A stretch of DNA of 54,972 nt. It comes from a virus. Its lineage: Duplodnaviria; Caudoviricetes. The notes beneath the pieces are model-generated. The model was not told where the DNA came from, ran no database searches, and saw only the letters and a program-made list of their open reading frames with translations. The position numbers and the translations under genes were made by a program. Positions 8,451 to 17,906 of this stretch are shown piece after piece (the stretch's first letter is position 1; every line of letters begins with the position of its first letter). The stretch spans positions 1-54,972 of the IMG/VR virus record IMGVR_UViG_3300023179_008764; one strand, written 5' to 3'.

Positions 8451-11150
8451 TTATCGCTTATAATTTGATACTGGTACAGAATTATTTGGTAAGTCTTTTT
8501 CCGCTGCAACTTCTCTTGTTTCTTTATTAGTATTTGTCAATCTAGTAGGTATTGTCTTGTACATATGACTATGAGGCTCCATTACAATACTATCTGGGTC
8601 TCTACCGGTACCATACACAACAATAGCCATTTGCATTGGATCTGCTCCTCCTGCGCCATGTTCAATAGCTTTAACACAATCATTACCACTACCCTTAACA
8701 TTTACTAAGCTATTAATTGTAAATACACCGTTAAGCGTACCTATCAAGGGGTTTGTTGTGACAAAAGATACATTAGCTATTTCTGTACCGGGTAATATTT
8801 CTCCTACCACAACTGCTTTATCTAGTAATCCAAGGTAAGGCGGGCCTGTCTTAATAAATCCAGCTTTAGGCATAAATGTTCCAGGTGTACTACCGGCTAC
8901 TGGGAATTGTGATAACGGTACACCAAATCCAATTATAGGCCCATTTAAATTATTAGCATCTGTTACTGCTGCACCATACACTTTAGCCTGTTCAGTAGCT
9001 TGAATTTCTGTAGGCATTGTAATATGATTTGCAGTTATTTCGCCTTCTACATGTAATCCACCTGCTACTACAACATTATTAGTTACCCCTAAAGAACCTT
9101 CTACAACAACTTGCTTACGGTCTCTTTGTCTTATACTAACTACATCTCCGACTAAAGATAATCTTTTTCCACCATCTATATTTGTTTCTAACTCACTAGA
9201 AATATTAACCTGTTCACCGCTTACGTTAGTTAAACTGCCAGAGACATTTACAACACCATAAGATTTTAAGTTAATACCACCAGCACCAACTAAAAGACTA
9301 TATTTGTTTGCAACGTTTAGATTGTAGTTACCGCCTGGTAAATCGTCAACATGAACTAATTCTACAAGCGGGGTTGGTGTGCGGTTATAAAATACACCAT
9401 AAGGCCCTACTTTAACTTCAGATATATACATCTTACCTTTTGTATCTACTCTAATTGAAGGGTAGTCATTCATTACTAATCCTATTGTTTCAATTTTATG
9501 TTTAGTAATTTCTATAATCTCACTGCCACCTATACCCATTTGCTTTTCTAAATTAGCTAATTTTTCTATTTTTTGTACATATAGTTTACTTATATTATCT
9601 TTTAAAGGATCTAAATCCCAAGTACCGCCCTGTGAGCTTGTGCTCTTACCTAATAATTGCGTTTTACCTTTATTAGAATCGCCAGGATTACATACCGGGC
9701 AAGGCAATCCCATTATGTATCCTGGTCCTATAAGTTTTGGTGAAGAACCATCCACAGATGCCCCCAATACTCCAGATGATGGTGTAACTTGCTGTACCTT
9801 ACCAAGCATACCTAAATATTTTACAGTTGGCTTTCCTTGTCCTTTAATGCTTGTATTAGTACTAAAGATAAAATCACCACTACTATTTGCTATTGAGCCT
9901 ACAACATAGTTAACAAACGAGTCGCTGTAAGAGTTGTTTAAATTAAAGTACGTATTAGTGTCCTTACTACAAACCGGACAAGCATCAAAAGTACCATTAG
10001 CTTGTGTTTGTTTGCTTGAAGTTAATTTTAAGCCGTTAATAGATGTATATTTTTTAGCTCTTTTAATATCAAACAATTGCTTTAGATCAGCTATTTCATC
10101 AAGTTCAGCTTTCCATTCTTCAAATAAATTTAATTTTAAATTGCCTACTTTGCGATAAACATCGCCTTGTGTTACGCTATCAAAATCTAACTGAGTAAAT
10201 TGATTTCTTGATCCTCTAACTGTTGAAAATTCATCTCCTAAAATTAATATTTGATTATTATTTGATGCAAATTCTATGTTTGTAGAATTATTAAACTCTT
10301 TAAATGAACCAGAATAATGAGTAAGTTTTAGCGCTTCTCGGTTGTCTGTATTAATAAAAGCGAGTGTACCGCCTTTTTGATTTATAACATATTTGTTTCT
10401 ATAAGTTTCAACATTAATGTCATATTCTTGATTTGCTGCAGGTGTATTTTCGTATATACCAGGATAATCTTGACTTGAACCGGATAGCGCATTATTAATG
10501 CTATTCCAATCTTCTGAACCAAACGTAGTACCAAACACAACAGGTTTTGTGGGGTCGCCGTTATTAAAGAATACCCATACGTGAGATCCTACAGCTATAA
10601 TTGGAAATGCACCTCTAGCACTATTACTATAACATTCTGGTGTATAATTATAGCTAAATTTGTTAACGTTATTAACGTTTGTTTCTTCAGGATTACTAAA
10701 AGCATCTTTTAATTTAAAATAAGAAATATCATATATGTTGCCTGGCTTTTCTCCTATATTATCTTTATTTTGACTATATTGAGTTAATTTAGAAAAATCA
10801 ACTTCATCAGATGTTAGATTTGAATATGTAGTTGAAAGATTGCCGCTATCGCTTATTGTACCTACATTTTTAAATGCGTTATATCTACCGCTACTATTTT
10901 CACCCGCTAAAGGAATTGATATTTCTGACCAAGGTAATATCTTTTTAAGATCATCTACAATAACATTAAGATCACTATTAATGTTTGTACCAATAAATTT
11001 AAATTTTTTATCAACTTTATTATTAACCCATTTTTGATAAACATTAGGGGATATATGTGGAACAAATACCTTAACTCGTCCGCGCTTTTGAGGATCATTG
11101 TTTTGAATAACGATACCTAGATAATTGCCAAAATACTTGGGATAACTCAT
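8451..11150 (-). CDS. gp5/VgrG-like baseplate hub-spike protein
   Basis: OB-fold motifs GIVIQNNDPQKRGRVKV and VGSHVWVFFNNGDPTKPVVFG, beta-helix-like repeats, terminal HSH. Confidence 0.8.
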   Translation of the reverse strand: MSYPKYFGNYLGIVIQNNDPQKRGRVKVFVPHISPNVYQKWVNNKVDKKFKFIGTNINSDLNVIVDDLKKILPWSEISIPLAGENSSGRYNAFKNVGTISDSGNLSTTYSNLTSDEVDFSKLTQYSQNKDNIGEKPGNIYDISYFKLKDAFSNPEETNVNNVNKFSYNYTPECYSNSARGAFPIIAVGSHVWVFFNNGDPTKPVVFGTTFGSEDWNSINNALSGSSQDYPGIYENTPAANQEYDINVETYRNKYVINQKGGTLAFINTDNREALKLTHYSGSFKEFNNSTNIEFASNNNQILILGDEFSTVRGSRNQFTQLDFDSVTQGDVYRKVGNLKLNLFEEWKAELDEIADLKQLFDIKRAKKYTSINGLKLTSSKQTQANGTFDACPVCSKDTNTYFNLNNSYSDSFVNYVVGSIANSSGDFIFSTNTSIKGQGKPTVKYLGMLGKVQQVTPSSGVLGASVDGSSPKLIGPGYIMGLPCPVCNPGDSNKGKTQLLGKSTSSQGGTWDLDPLKDNISKLYVQKIEKLANLEKQMGIGGSEIIEITKHKIETIGLVMNDYPSIRVDTKGKMYISEVKVGPYGVFYNRTPTPLVELVHVDDLPGGNYNLNVANKYSLLVGAGGINLKSYGVVNVSGSLTNVSGEQVNISSELETNIDGGKRLSLVGDVVSIRQRDRKQVVVEGSLGVTNNVVVAGGLHVEGEITANHITMPTEIQATEQAKVYGAAVTDANNLNGPIIGFGVPLSQFPVAGSTPGTFMPKAGFIKTGPPYLGLLDKAVVVGEILPGTEIANVSFVTTNPLIGTLNGVFTINSLVNVKGSGNDCVKAIEHGAGGADPMQMAIVVYGTGRDPDSIVMEPHSHMYKTIPTRLTNTNKETREVAAEKDLPNNSVPVSNYKR

Positions 11151-11153
11151 ACG

Positions 11154-11181
11154 TTGATATATCTATATTTACATTTATAAT
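11154..11181 (+). promoter_or_regulatory. Sigma70-like promoter TTGATA-N16-TATAAT for the DNA-modification operon
   Basis: 6 nt before ATG 11188; same architecture at ten other genes. Confidence 0.7.
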
Positions 11182-11187
11182 AAAGTT

Positions 11188-12000
11188 ATGCTAATGAAAG
11201 TTTCACACGAAACGCCTATATCTCTATTAGATTATTCTAAGCAATATAATGATTTTGACTACTGTCTGGTTCACTTATTAGATCAAAATGAAGGGTATAG
11301 AAACTTTTACACTAAATCTAGATCTGTTTGGGATAGAGAGCTTTTATTAGATAATTCTATTTTTGAACTAGGTAAAGCATTTGATAAGCATGAATTTTGG
11401 AAAAAAGTAAAAGAATTACAACCCAATATGTATATTGTACCGGATGTATTAGAAGATTATTACGGTACTGTTGATAGTTTTAAAGAATTTCAAAATTATA
11501 ACATGGATATTAAAAATACATTTTTAACTAAAGCGATAGGCGCTGTTCAGGGTAAAAATTGGCAAGAGTTAAAAGAGTGTTACAAATTTATGGCTGACAA
11601 TGCAGATATGATAGCTATTAGCTTTGATTTTAGTTATTACCAGATTACAGGTCAGGGATGGCATCATCTTGAGCGCTGGTGTTCAGGTCGTCAACGTTTT
11701 ATTACCGATTTAATAAATAATAATATATGGAGGTGGGATAAGCCGCATCACTTACTAGGATGCTCGCTTGCAAAAGAATTTAGATATTATGTCGATAGAA
11801 ACATTTACAATATTGTTTCTTGCGATACTAGCAATCCAATTGTTGCCGCTATTCATGGATTAAAGTACGACGCAGATTATGGCTTAGATACTAAACCATC
11901 AACAAAACTTGCTGATTTAATTGCACATGAATTTACAGAAGATCAGCTTGAACTTGTAAAATATAATACTACAATGTTTAAGAAGATTCTTCGTAGATGA
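11188..12000 (+). CDS. dpdA: TGT-fold DpdA-like (DpdA3-type) 7-deazaguanine transglycosylase
   Basis: LLDNS, PDV, AVQG, HHLLG, SCDTS match TGT/DpdA barrel motifs; in an operon with queF. Confidence 0.7.
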   Translation: MLMKVSHETPISLLDYSKQYNDFDYCLVHLLDQNEGYRNFYTKSRSVWDRELLLDNSIFELGKAFDKHEFWKKVKELQPNMYIVPDVLEDYYGTVDSFKEFQNYNMDIKNTFLTKAIGAVQGKNWQELKECYKFMADNADMIAISFDFSYYQITGQGWHHLERWCSGRQRFITDLINNNIWRWDKPHHLLGCSLAKEFRYYVDRNIYNIVSCDTSNPIVAAIHGLKYDADYGLDTKPSTKLADLIAHEFTEDQLELVKYNTTMFKKILRR

Positions 12001-12566
12001 GACCTTGGATCACATTTTTTTCACAAACTGGAACAGAGATAGCTGCCTTGTGTCAGGCGCTAGGTAAATACCCTCATGGTATTGTAACTAATAAACAGAA
12101 CATGACAAATGTTAATAAAGATTTGGTTAATACGACGTCATTTCGCGAGCATAAATTAAATCAAACTTTTTGGCATATATTACCAGCTAAACCGTCGATT
12201 GATGACTATTTAAATACACTATCGTCTTTTGACAATCCTGTTATAACTCTTCACGGTTATTTAAGAATAATACCAAAAGTGGTTTGCGAAAAATACGAGA
12301 TATACAATTTACATCCTGGTTTAATTGACAAATACCCTTCATTGAAAGGGTTTAACCCTCAAGAAAGAGCATTTAGAGAAGGTTATAAACTCGCTGGGTG
12401 TGTTATACATAGGGTAATTCCTGATGTTGATGAGGGTGAAATTTTAATGAGTCAAGGAATATCAATAGAAAATAAAACTTTAAATGAAGTTTATGATTCT
12501 TTAAGAAATGTTGCTTTAGATCTCTGGAAAAGCTTCTTTACAGCATATAAAATACTCGATAAATGA
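11997..12566 (+). CDS. PurN-like formyltransferase, probable preQ1 formyltransferase (DpdN-like)
   Basis: FFSQTG, GYLRII, NLHPGL, GCVIHRV, VDEGEI; lies between dpdA and queF. Confidence 0.8.
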   Translation: MRPWITFFSQTGTEIAALCQALGKYPHGIVTNKQNMTNVNKDLVNTTSFREHKLNQTFWHILPAKPSIDDYLNTLSSFDNPVITLHGYLRIIPKVVCEKYEIYNLHPGLIDKYPSLKGFNPQERAFREGYKLAGCVIHRVIPDVDEGEILMSQGISIENKTLNEVYDSLRNVALDLWKSFFTAYKILDK

Positions 12567-12910
12567 ACCCCGAAGATTATATTAAAAGCGTAGAAGCCAC
12601 GTATCCTGAAACGTGTGAAGAGTTTAAAAAAATACAAAGAGAGCATTATGAGACTTTTTGTAAAAAGCAATTTGATTACGGTCCCCATAACATAAGCCTG
12701 GGCTCAGATTTACATAAAAAAGAAGATATTATTGCTTCAATATCTGCTATAGTGGTGAGATTAAACGATAAAATTCAGCGTTTAATTAATATGGTACTAC
12801 GTAAAAAGTCATTTGAAGCTGCAAATGAATCTATTTTTGATGCTTTTAGTGATACAGCTGTATACTGTATTATAGCTGAAGTAGTAAAAAGAAAGAAGTG
12901 GTGCAAATAA
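12563..12910 (+). CDS. Nucleotide-modification-associated alpha-helical protein (Nmad1/DUF1599-like)
   Basis: KKQFDYG, RLNDKIQRL, ESIFDAFSDTAVY. Confidence 0.75.
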   Translation: MNPEDYIKSVEATYPETCEEFKKIQREHYETFCKKQFDYGPHNISLGSDLHKKEDIIASISAIVVRLNDKIQRLINMVLRKKSFEAANESIFDAFSDTAVYCIIAEVVKRKKWCK

Positions 12911-13050
12911 TGTCGCTTTTGAATATATTTCGTAATAAAAATGATGAGTTGCGTCGTCTTAAAGAAGAGAATGAAATACTAAAACATGAAGTATATGTCT
13001 TGAAAAATTTGCTTTTTAATTTAGAATTAGATGAATTAGCTAAAAAATGA
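12910..13050 (+). CDS. 46-aa coiled-coil peptide (not in ORF track)
   Basis: MSLLNIFRNKNDELRRLKEENEILKHEVYVLKNLLFNLELDELAKK; coupled to neighbours by TAATG and ATGA overlaps. Confidence 0.65.
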   Translation: MSLLNIFRNKNDELRRLKEENEILKHEVYVLKNLLFNLELDELAKK

Positions 13051-13637
13051 ATATAACTTTTACAGGTCCGCAGTGTTCAGGCAAAACTACATTACTAAAA
13101 AGAATGAAGACAGAGAAAGGTATAATTGATAAGTTTTGGTATGTTGACGAGGTCACTAGATTAGTTAAAAGAGAGTGTTATGTAGATATTAATGAATCAG
13201 GTGCAAATGATATAACTCAGCTGTTAATTATTAACAAGGAACTAGAGAATCTGTTTAAATTTAAAAAAGAATTGTTATGGGATAGATGTCAAGGTGTTGT
13301 TCATGATAGATGTTTATTAGACGGTTTAGTATATACAGAATATTTTTATGATAAGAAATTAGTTAGTCAACATGTTGTGATGCAAGCTTTGCAGTATTGG
13401 CATAAATTTCATGAAAAATATGACATTATTTTTTATCCTAGTCCGCACGATGTACAGTTACAGGATGATGGGGAAAGAAGTACTAGTGTAGAATTTAGAA
13501 ATGCTATAATTGAAAAATATGAAAATTATTATCTTAATCAATTTCAGTGGAAAGATAGGGTAACAATTTTAAAAGGAACAGTTGAAGATCGAATGGAACA
13601 GATTAAAATTAAACTACATGAATACGGAATTAGATAA
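13047..13637 (+). CDS. P-loop nucleotide kinase-like protein (AAA_28/dNMP kinase type)
   Basis: GPQCSGKTT, DRCLLDGLVY, DDGER. Confidence 0.75.
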   Translation: MNITFTGPQCSGKTTLLKRMKTEKGIIDKFWYVDEVTRLVKRECYVDINESGANDITQLLIINKELENLFKFKKELLWDRCQGVVHDRCLLDGLVYTEYFYDKKLVSQHVVMQALQYWHKFHEKYDIIFYPSPHDVQLQDDGERSTSVEFRNAIIEKYENYYLNQFQWKDRVTILKGTVEDRMEQIKIKLHEYGIR

Positions 13638-14532
13638 TAGCAATATTTCAAAACATTTAGGCAAAGTAACCGGGTATAAGTCAACATACGACCCTACCCT
13701 ATTGGTACGCGAGCCAAGAATTAATAACCGTAAGCATTTAGGTATTACTGATGAAAGCGCACCGTTTAGTGGATATGATATTTGGAATGCATATGAAGTA
13801 TCTTGTTTGACCTCAGAAGGTATGCCTATTGCAGCGATTGCTAAAATAGTATATCCATGTAAGAACAAATATATTGTTGAATCAAAGTCAATTAAACTCT
13901 ATATGAATTCTTTTAATATGCAAAAGTTTAACGGTAATATTATTAAGGTTTTAAACGATCTTCAAACTACAATAGCGAAGGATCTTTCTAACCTACTTGA
14001 AACAGATGTAAAAGTGTATGTTAGGTTAACAAAAGCTGTAAGTGATGATTTATATTACCCACCAGTTTTTAATAATAAAGATTATCCGACATTAGAAAAT
14101 AATATTGATGTAACTTATATTCACGCACCTTCGTATACAGAAAATCCAAAATTATTAAGCGGTATAGAAATTTCTGAATCGAGAGTACAAAAATTTCATT
14201 CCGCTTTATTAAAGAGTAACTGTAGGGTAACTTCACAACCTGATTGGGGTGACGTTTATATTCATTATAAGGGTAAATACGAACTTAACCCTACATCTCT
14301 TTTGCAATATATTGTCTCTTTTAGAGATGAATGTCATTTTCATGAAGAAATTTGTGAGACAATTTACATGCGTTTATTTAAATTGTTTAATCCAGAAGAG
14401 CTTATTGTAAGCTGCTTGTATGTACGACGTGGTGGTATTGATATTAATCCAACGCGCGCTAGTAATTATAGCTTATTAGATAACGCTCTTATTGACGAGA
14501 CAAAGTACTTTACTAAGACAGTAAGACAATAA
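13618..14532 (+). CDS. queF: NADPH-dependent preQ0 reductase, bimodular type (start moved to ATG 13618)
   Basis: QueF motif ESKSIKLY, KSNCRVTSQPDWG, FHEEICE, RRGGIDINP. Confidence 0.93.
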   Translation: MNTELDNSNISKHLGKVTGYKSTYDPTLLVREPRINNRKHLGITDESAPFSGYDIWNAYEVSCLTSEGMPIAAIAKIVYPCKNKYIVESKSIKLYMNSFNMQKFNGNIIKVLNDLQTTIAKDLSNLLETDVKVYVRLTKAVSDDLYYPPVFNNKDYPTLENNIDVTYIHAPSYTENPKLLSGIEISESRVQKFHSALLKSNCRVTSQPDWGDVYIHYKGKYELNPTSLLQYIVSFRDECHFHEEICETIYMRLFKLFNPEELIVSCLYVRRGGIDINPTRASNYSLLDNALIDETKYFTKTVRQ

Positions 14533-15015
14533 TTAGTCGTTTTGACGATTACGTCTTTGCTGTTCATACCAAACGCTGGTATTTTCTTCCCACCAGCCAC
14601 CTTCTAAAGGTATCATTTCGTCATTTACGTCAACGTATGGGGTAATTTCTAGAGTAGATGGGTCTATAAAATTACCCCATTCAGGTTCCCAGCTACCTGA
14701 AAGGCCTAACTGCTTAGTGGGAGGTGCCCATCTATTATTACCGTATAATGCTAATCCGCCATTTAGAGGGTCACCATCTTGCCCAACATACCATTCTCCA
14801 CTACCATCAAGAGGATATCCCCAAATATAAAAATCATTATTACCTATGTAACCTACTTCACCATATTGAGCATCCATTGTAAATAAAGATACAACTTCTT
14901 CTAAACCATTTAACTTAACCAAATACTGAGAATGTACAGGGTATGAATTAAAAGGATTGCTATTAAAATACTCATCAGAAGTTTTAGTTATGTACCAAGG
15001 TGTATAGATACTCAT
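14533..15015 (-). CDS. Hypothetical Trp/Gly-rich protein
   Basis: 160-aa ORF coupled by ATGA to the upstream micro-ORF. Confidence 0.6.
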   Translation of the reverse strand: MSIYTPWYITKTSDEYFNSNPFNSYPVHSQYLVKLNGLEEVVSLFTMDAQYGEVGYIGNNDFYIWGYPLDGSGEWYVGQDGDPLNGGLALYGNNRWAPPTKQLGLSGSWEPEWGNFIDPSTLEITPYVDVNDEMIPLEGGWWEENTSVWYEQQRRNRQND

Positions 15016-15095
15016 TCTTTATCGTCCTTCTTTTCTTCAGTAGGCTTGTATTCATCTATGCTTTTACGAACTTTATCTATACCTTTTTCACTCAT
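15012..15095 (-). CDS. 27-aa charged micro-peptide (not in ORF track)
   Basis: MSEKGIDKVRKSIDEYKPTEEKKDDKE; TAAATA-N5-ATG; its TGA overlaps the next ATG. Confidence 0.6.
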   Translation of the reverse strand: MSEKGIDKVRKSIDEYKPTEEKKDDKE

Positions 15096-15137
15096 ACAAA
15101 TATTTATTCTGTAAAGTCGTTTTTTTTATGTAAAACC

Positions 15138-15170
15138 AAAAAAAAAGGGCACCGCAAGATGCCCTTTTTT
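15138..15170 (-). terminator. Rho-independent terminator downstream of the major capsid gene
   Basis: Minus strand GGGCATC-TTGC-GGTGCCC followed by T9; T6 on the plus strand, so possibly bidirectional. Confidence 0.85.
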
Positions 15171-15228
15171 AAAGATCCTAGGACTTACTAGGTGAAAATG
15201 ACTTTCTTTTAATCTCCTACTTCTATTT

Positions 15229-16734
15229 TTAGAAGTAGACCGATTGAGTGCCAGGCGTAAACGCAACACCGAGACCGGTCAAGATAATAACGTGGTAGTA
15301 AAGATTAGCACCAAAGATGTTATCTACAACTCCATAACGAGTTAATAGACCAACACGAGGAGCAAAATCATTAGGACCAATTGTTCTCTGGACCATTACC
15401 GGAATATACGGACAATAGATGATACCAGTGTCGTAGAATTCCGGACCCTTGTAACCAAGGAGAGCGTATTCGAGGCGAGATGTACGAGTTGTTCCGGCGG
15501 GGAACCCACCTGAACCGCCGTAGTTTCCTCCGGCGTTAGCTTCGTACTGAGCCTCTGTACGTGTGTCACGGTAAACGTTGAAACGGCCACCAATTGAGCC
15601 TACTTTTGCGACACCAACTGGCTGAGTGTTAACGTTGCCCTGGACTGGTACCCACTGAAACTCAGGGAGCATTTCCAGGATGGCGCAAACGCGAGGTGTA
15701 GCAACGATAAAGTTGGCAGCACCACGGCGATTACGAACAGCAATTCTGTTAGCCTCAACAATTAGTCTCTGATAGAAGTCGCGGTTGCGCTCTACGAGCC
15801 AGCGACCGTCTGCTGAAGCGGGCGACCAGACTGAGAAGCCTGTGCCAAGTCCAGCATTAAGGGCTGTCTGGATCATTCGGATGATCATTTCACGGTCGAT
15901 TTCGGCCTGCAACTCATATGACATAGCATTGGTGAGTTCGGTGTCGATATCGATTCCGTTCATGTTCTTAAGATCCTGTTCGAGTTCTACTGACCAACGA
16001 GCAGCGAGCCTACGAGTACCAGCTTCAACAGCTGTCTTCTCGAAGGATACAACTACCTGAGGGATCTTAGAAGATAACTCGAAGTTAGCTAAGAGCTGAG
16101 CAACGCCTCGGTCTTGTTCAGGTATTGCGAATGAAGCGTTACCAACTAGTGCATCTGATGATGTACCTGTGTAACGAGTATCCAAATACTGATAACCGAG
16201 TTCTGCGCCTGAAGACTGAGCCTGAGGACCACCAGCGGGGGTACCAGCGGCTAGAGAGCCGTCAGAACCTTTATCATTGGTTGAACCAAGCGATGTGCCT
16301 TCGTATCTATAACGGAGGGCAAAAGCAAGACCTACGGGACCGCTCATGGGCTGAACACCAACGATTTCGTTAGTGATCAACTCAGGGAACGTACGGCGGA
16401 TCATCGGAATGAGAATCTTGGGTAGACGTGTGTCGTTAGGAGCGTAAGCATTATCATTCTGTGAGGGGAACTGATTTCCATAAGCACCGACATTGGGCGA
16501 ACCAACGCCTGTGGCATTGAAAACAGAGCTTGAACCTCCAGCAATATTGCTAGCTTCGAAACACCACTTCTCTTGGTTTTCCAAAAGAATGGCGGTGTTT
16601 AAACGAGTGTGGTCATCTTCGATAGCGCGAACATTGTTCGATGTGTAATCCAATACTGGACCCCACTTTTCGAGCAATACTCTTGCGCGTGACTCATCGA
16701 TGTAAGCCTGTGTAGGACGAATTTGTTTTGACAT
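15229..16734 (-). CDS. gp23: Major capsid protein (T4 gp23 family)
   Basis: LLEKWGPVL, ILLENQ, GVQPMSGPVGLAFALR, ELEQDLKNMNGID, YCPYIP, TRYG. Confidence 0.97.
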   Translation of the reverse strand: MSKQIRPTQAYIDESRARVLLEKWGPVLDYTSNNVRAIEDDHTRLNTAILLENQEKWCFEASNIAGGSSSVFNATGVGSPNVGAYGNQFPSQNDNAYAPNDTRLPKILIPMIRRTFPELITNEIVGVQPMSGPVGLAFALRYRYEGTSLGSTNDKGSDGSLAAGTPAGGPQAQSSGAELGYQYLDTRYTGTSSDALVGNASFAIPEQDRGVAQLLANFELSSKIPQVVVSFEKTAVEAGTRRLAARWSVELEQDLKNMNGIDIDTELTNAMSYELQAEIDREMIIRMIQTALNAGLGTGFSVWSPASADGRWLVERNRDFYQRLIVEANRIAVRNRRGAANFIVATPRVCAILEMLPEFQWVPVQGNVNTQPVGVAKVGSIGGRFNVYRDTRTEAQYEANAGGNYGGSGGFPAGTTRTSRLEYALLGYKGPEFYDTGIIYCPYIPVMVQRTIGPNDFAPRVGLLTRYGVVDNIFGANLYYHVIILTGLGVAFTPGTQSVYF

Positions 16735-16821
16735 GTTAAGTTTTTTTCCTTTAATGTGATGTCGACCTTTAATTAATAAACTATTCAGTGGTTAGACCAC
16801 TCAACAAAAATCGAAAAAAAA

Positions 16822-17706
16822 TTAATACTTCTTCAACTCACTCATGTATGCGTTAAATGACGGATCATTTGCATCTTGAGCGGGGGTTGATGAAGCTTCT
16901 TCAACAACAGGTCTGTCAACATTAGATGTAACAGTTTCTGTAATTGCTTCAGATTTTAGATTCTTGAGCCTCTCCTCTTCAGATTGTTCAAATAGCTTGA
17001 GAGTATAATCATAATTCTCCATGATAAATTCAGCTGTTCTATTACCGAGCATCTTCTTCATGTATGACTTTCTTTCGTCATCTAAATTAGATACTTTCTT
17101 TTCTAGAACTAGCTGAGCATTGAGCTTTTTATTCTCTTCAACTAATTTTGTAACCTGCTTTTGAGCGGCTTCAAGCTGCTTGGCAGCTTCATCAATTTTA
17201 GACTTACCATCAACTACTGCATCGCGAATGCTATCATTAGCAAGAGCGAGATCAATTGATAGTGTCTTACGTAGATCTTCAAGTAAATTATAAGCTTTCT
17301 TATTCTTTACTGCTTCCATAATGCTAGTAGTAGGTACCTTTTCCTCTAGATAAAGGTCAAGATATTTGCTAACATGCTCTACGATGGAAGATTTAAATTC
17401 ACCAGCTTCTTTATTAAGAGCTGCTTCATATTTTTCAATAACAGTTTTTAGTTTATTAGCTCTATCGGTATCAATAGCTTCAACAACTTTCTTAAGCTTA
17501 GCTGTATGATCTGTATCGATAGCTTCAATGAGTTTTTCTAACTTAGAAGCGTAATCGGCATCTTGTTCGTTAAGAGCCTTTTCGACATGCAATTTAACTT
17601 TTTCATTTACTGAAGTTTCAAAAGCTGTTTCAATTTCTTTAAGAACATCTTCAGTTAGGATATCCTTAGCAGCTTCTTTCAACGCGTTAGTTAGATTTGG
17701 TTCCAT
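16822..17706 (-). CDS. gp22: Prohead core scaffold protein (gp22-like; start moved to ATG 17706)
   Basis: Acidic coiled coil, VSKYLDLYLEE; located between gp21 and gp23. Confidence 0.8.
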   Translation of the reverse strand: MEPNLTNALKEAAKDILTEDVLKEIETAFETSVNEKVKLHVEKALNEQDADYASKLEKLIEAIDTDHTAKLKKVVEAIDTDRANKLKTVIEKYEAALNKEAGEFKSSIVEHVSKYLDLYLEEKVPTTSIMEAVKNKKAYNLLEDLRKTLSIDLALANDSIRDAVVDGKSKIDEAAKQLEAAQKQVTKLVEENKKLNAQLVLEKKVSNLDDERKSYMKKMLGNRTAEFIMENYDYTLKLFEQSEEERLKNLKSEAITETVTSNVDRPVVEEASSTPAQDANDPSFNAYMSELKKY

Positions 17707-17707
17707 A

Positions 17708-17878
17708 TTAAAATAATTTTTCGTTTTGAGCGGCACCGATTTTTTGTTTTAACTTTAAATCGATAACGTTCTGTAAATATTTATTGGCCTCAGAATAGTT
17801 TTTTTGAGAAATAGCTGTTAAAAAGTTAACTATCTCACTGCCTTCTGTAATCTTCTTTTTAGCTGATTTTTTGGCCAT
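17708..17878 (-). CDS. Small prohead core protein (gp67/68-like; start moved to ATG 17878)
   Basis: TAAATA-N5-ATG; KKITE|G cleavage-like motif; position in head module. Confidence 0.55.
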   Translation of the reverse strand: MAKKSAKKKITEGSEIVNFLTAISQKNYSEANKYLQNVIDLKLKQKIGAAQNEKLF

Positions 17879-17906
17879 ATTATTATTTATCTTCTTCTTC
17901 ATATAT

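Noticed and set aside
11188-14532. Operon as tRNA queuosine biosynthesis or purine synthesis (purN)
   Set aside because: No queA/queG or other pur genes in the window; the TGT-like protein lacks the zinc motif of tRNA TGT; context fits DNA modification better
15396-16373. Short ORFs within or antisense to gp23
   Set aside because: Expected from the higher GC of gp23; no recognisable motifs
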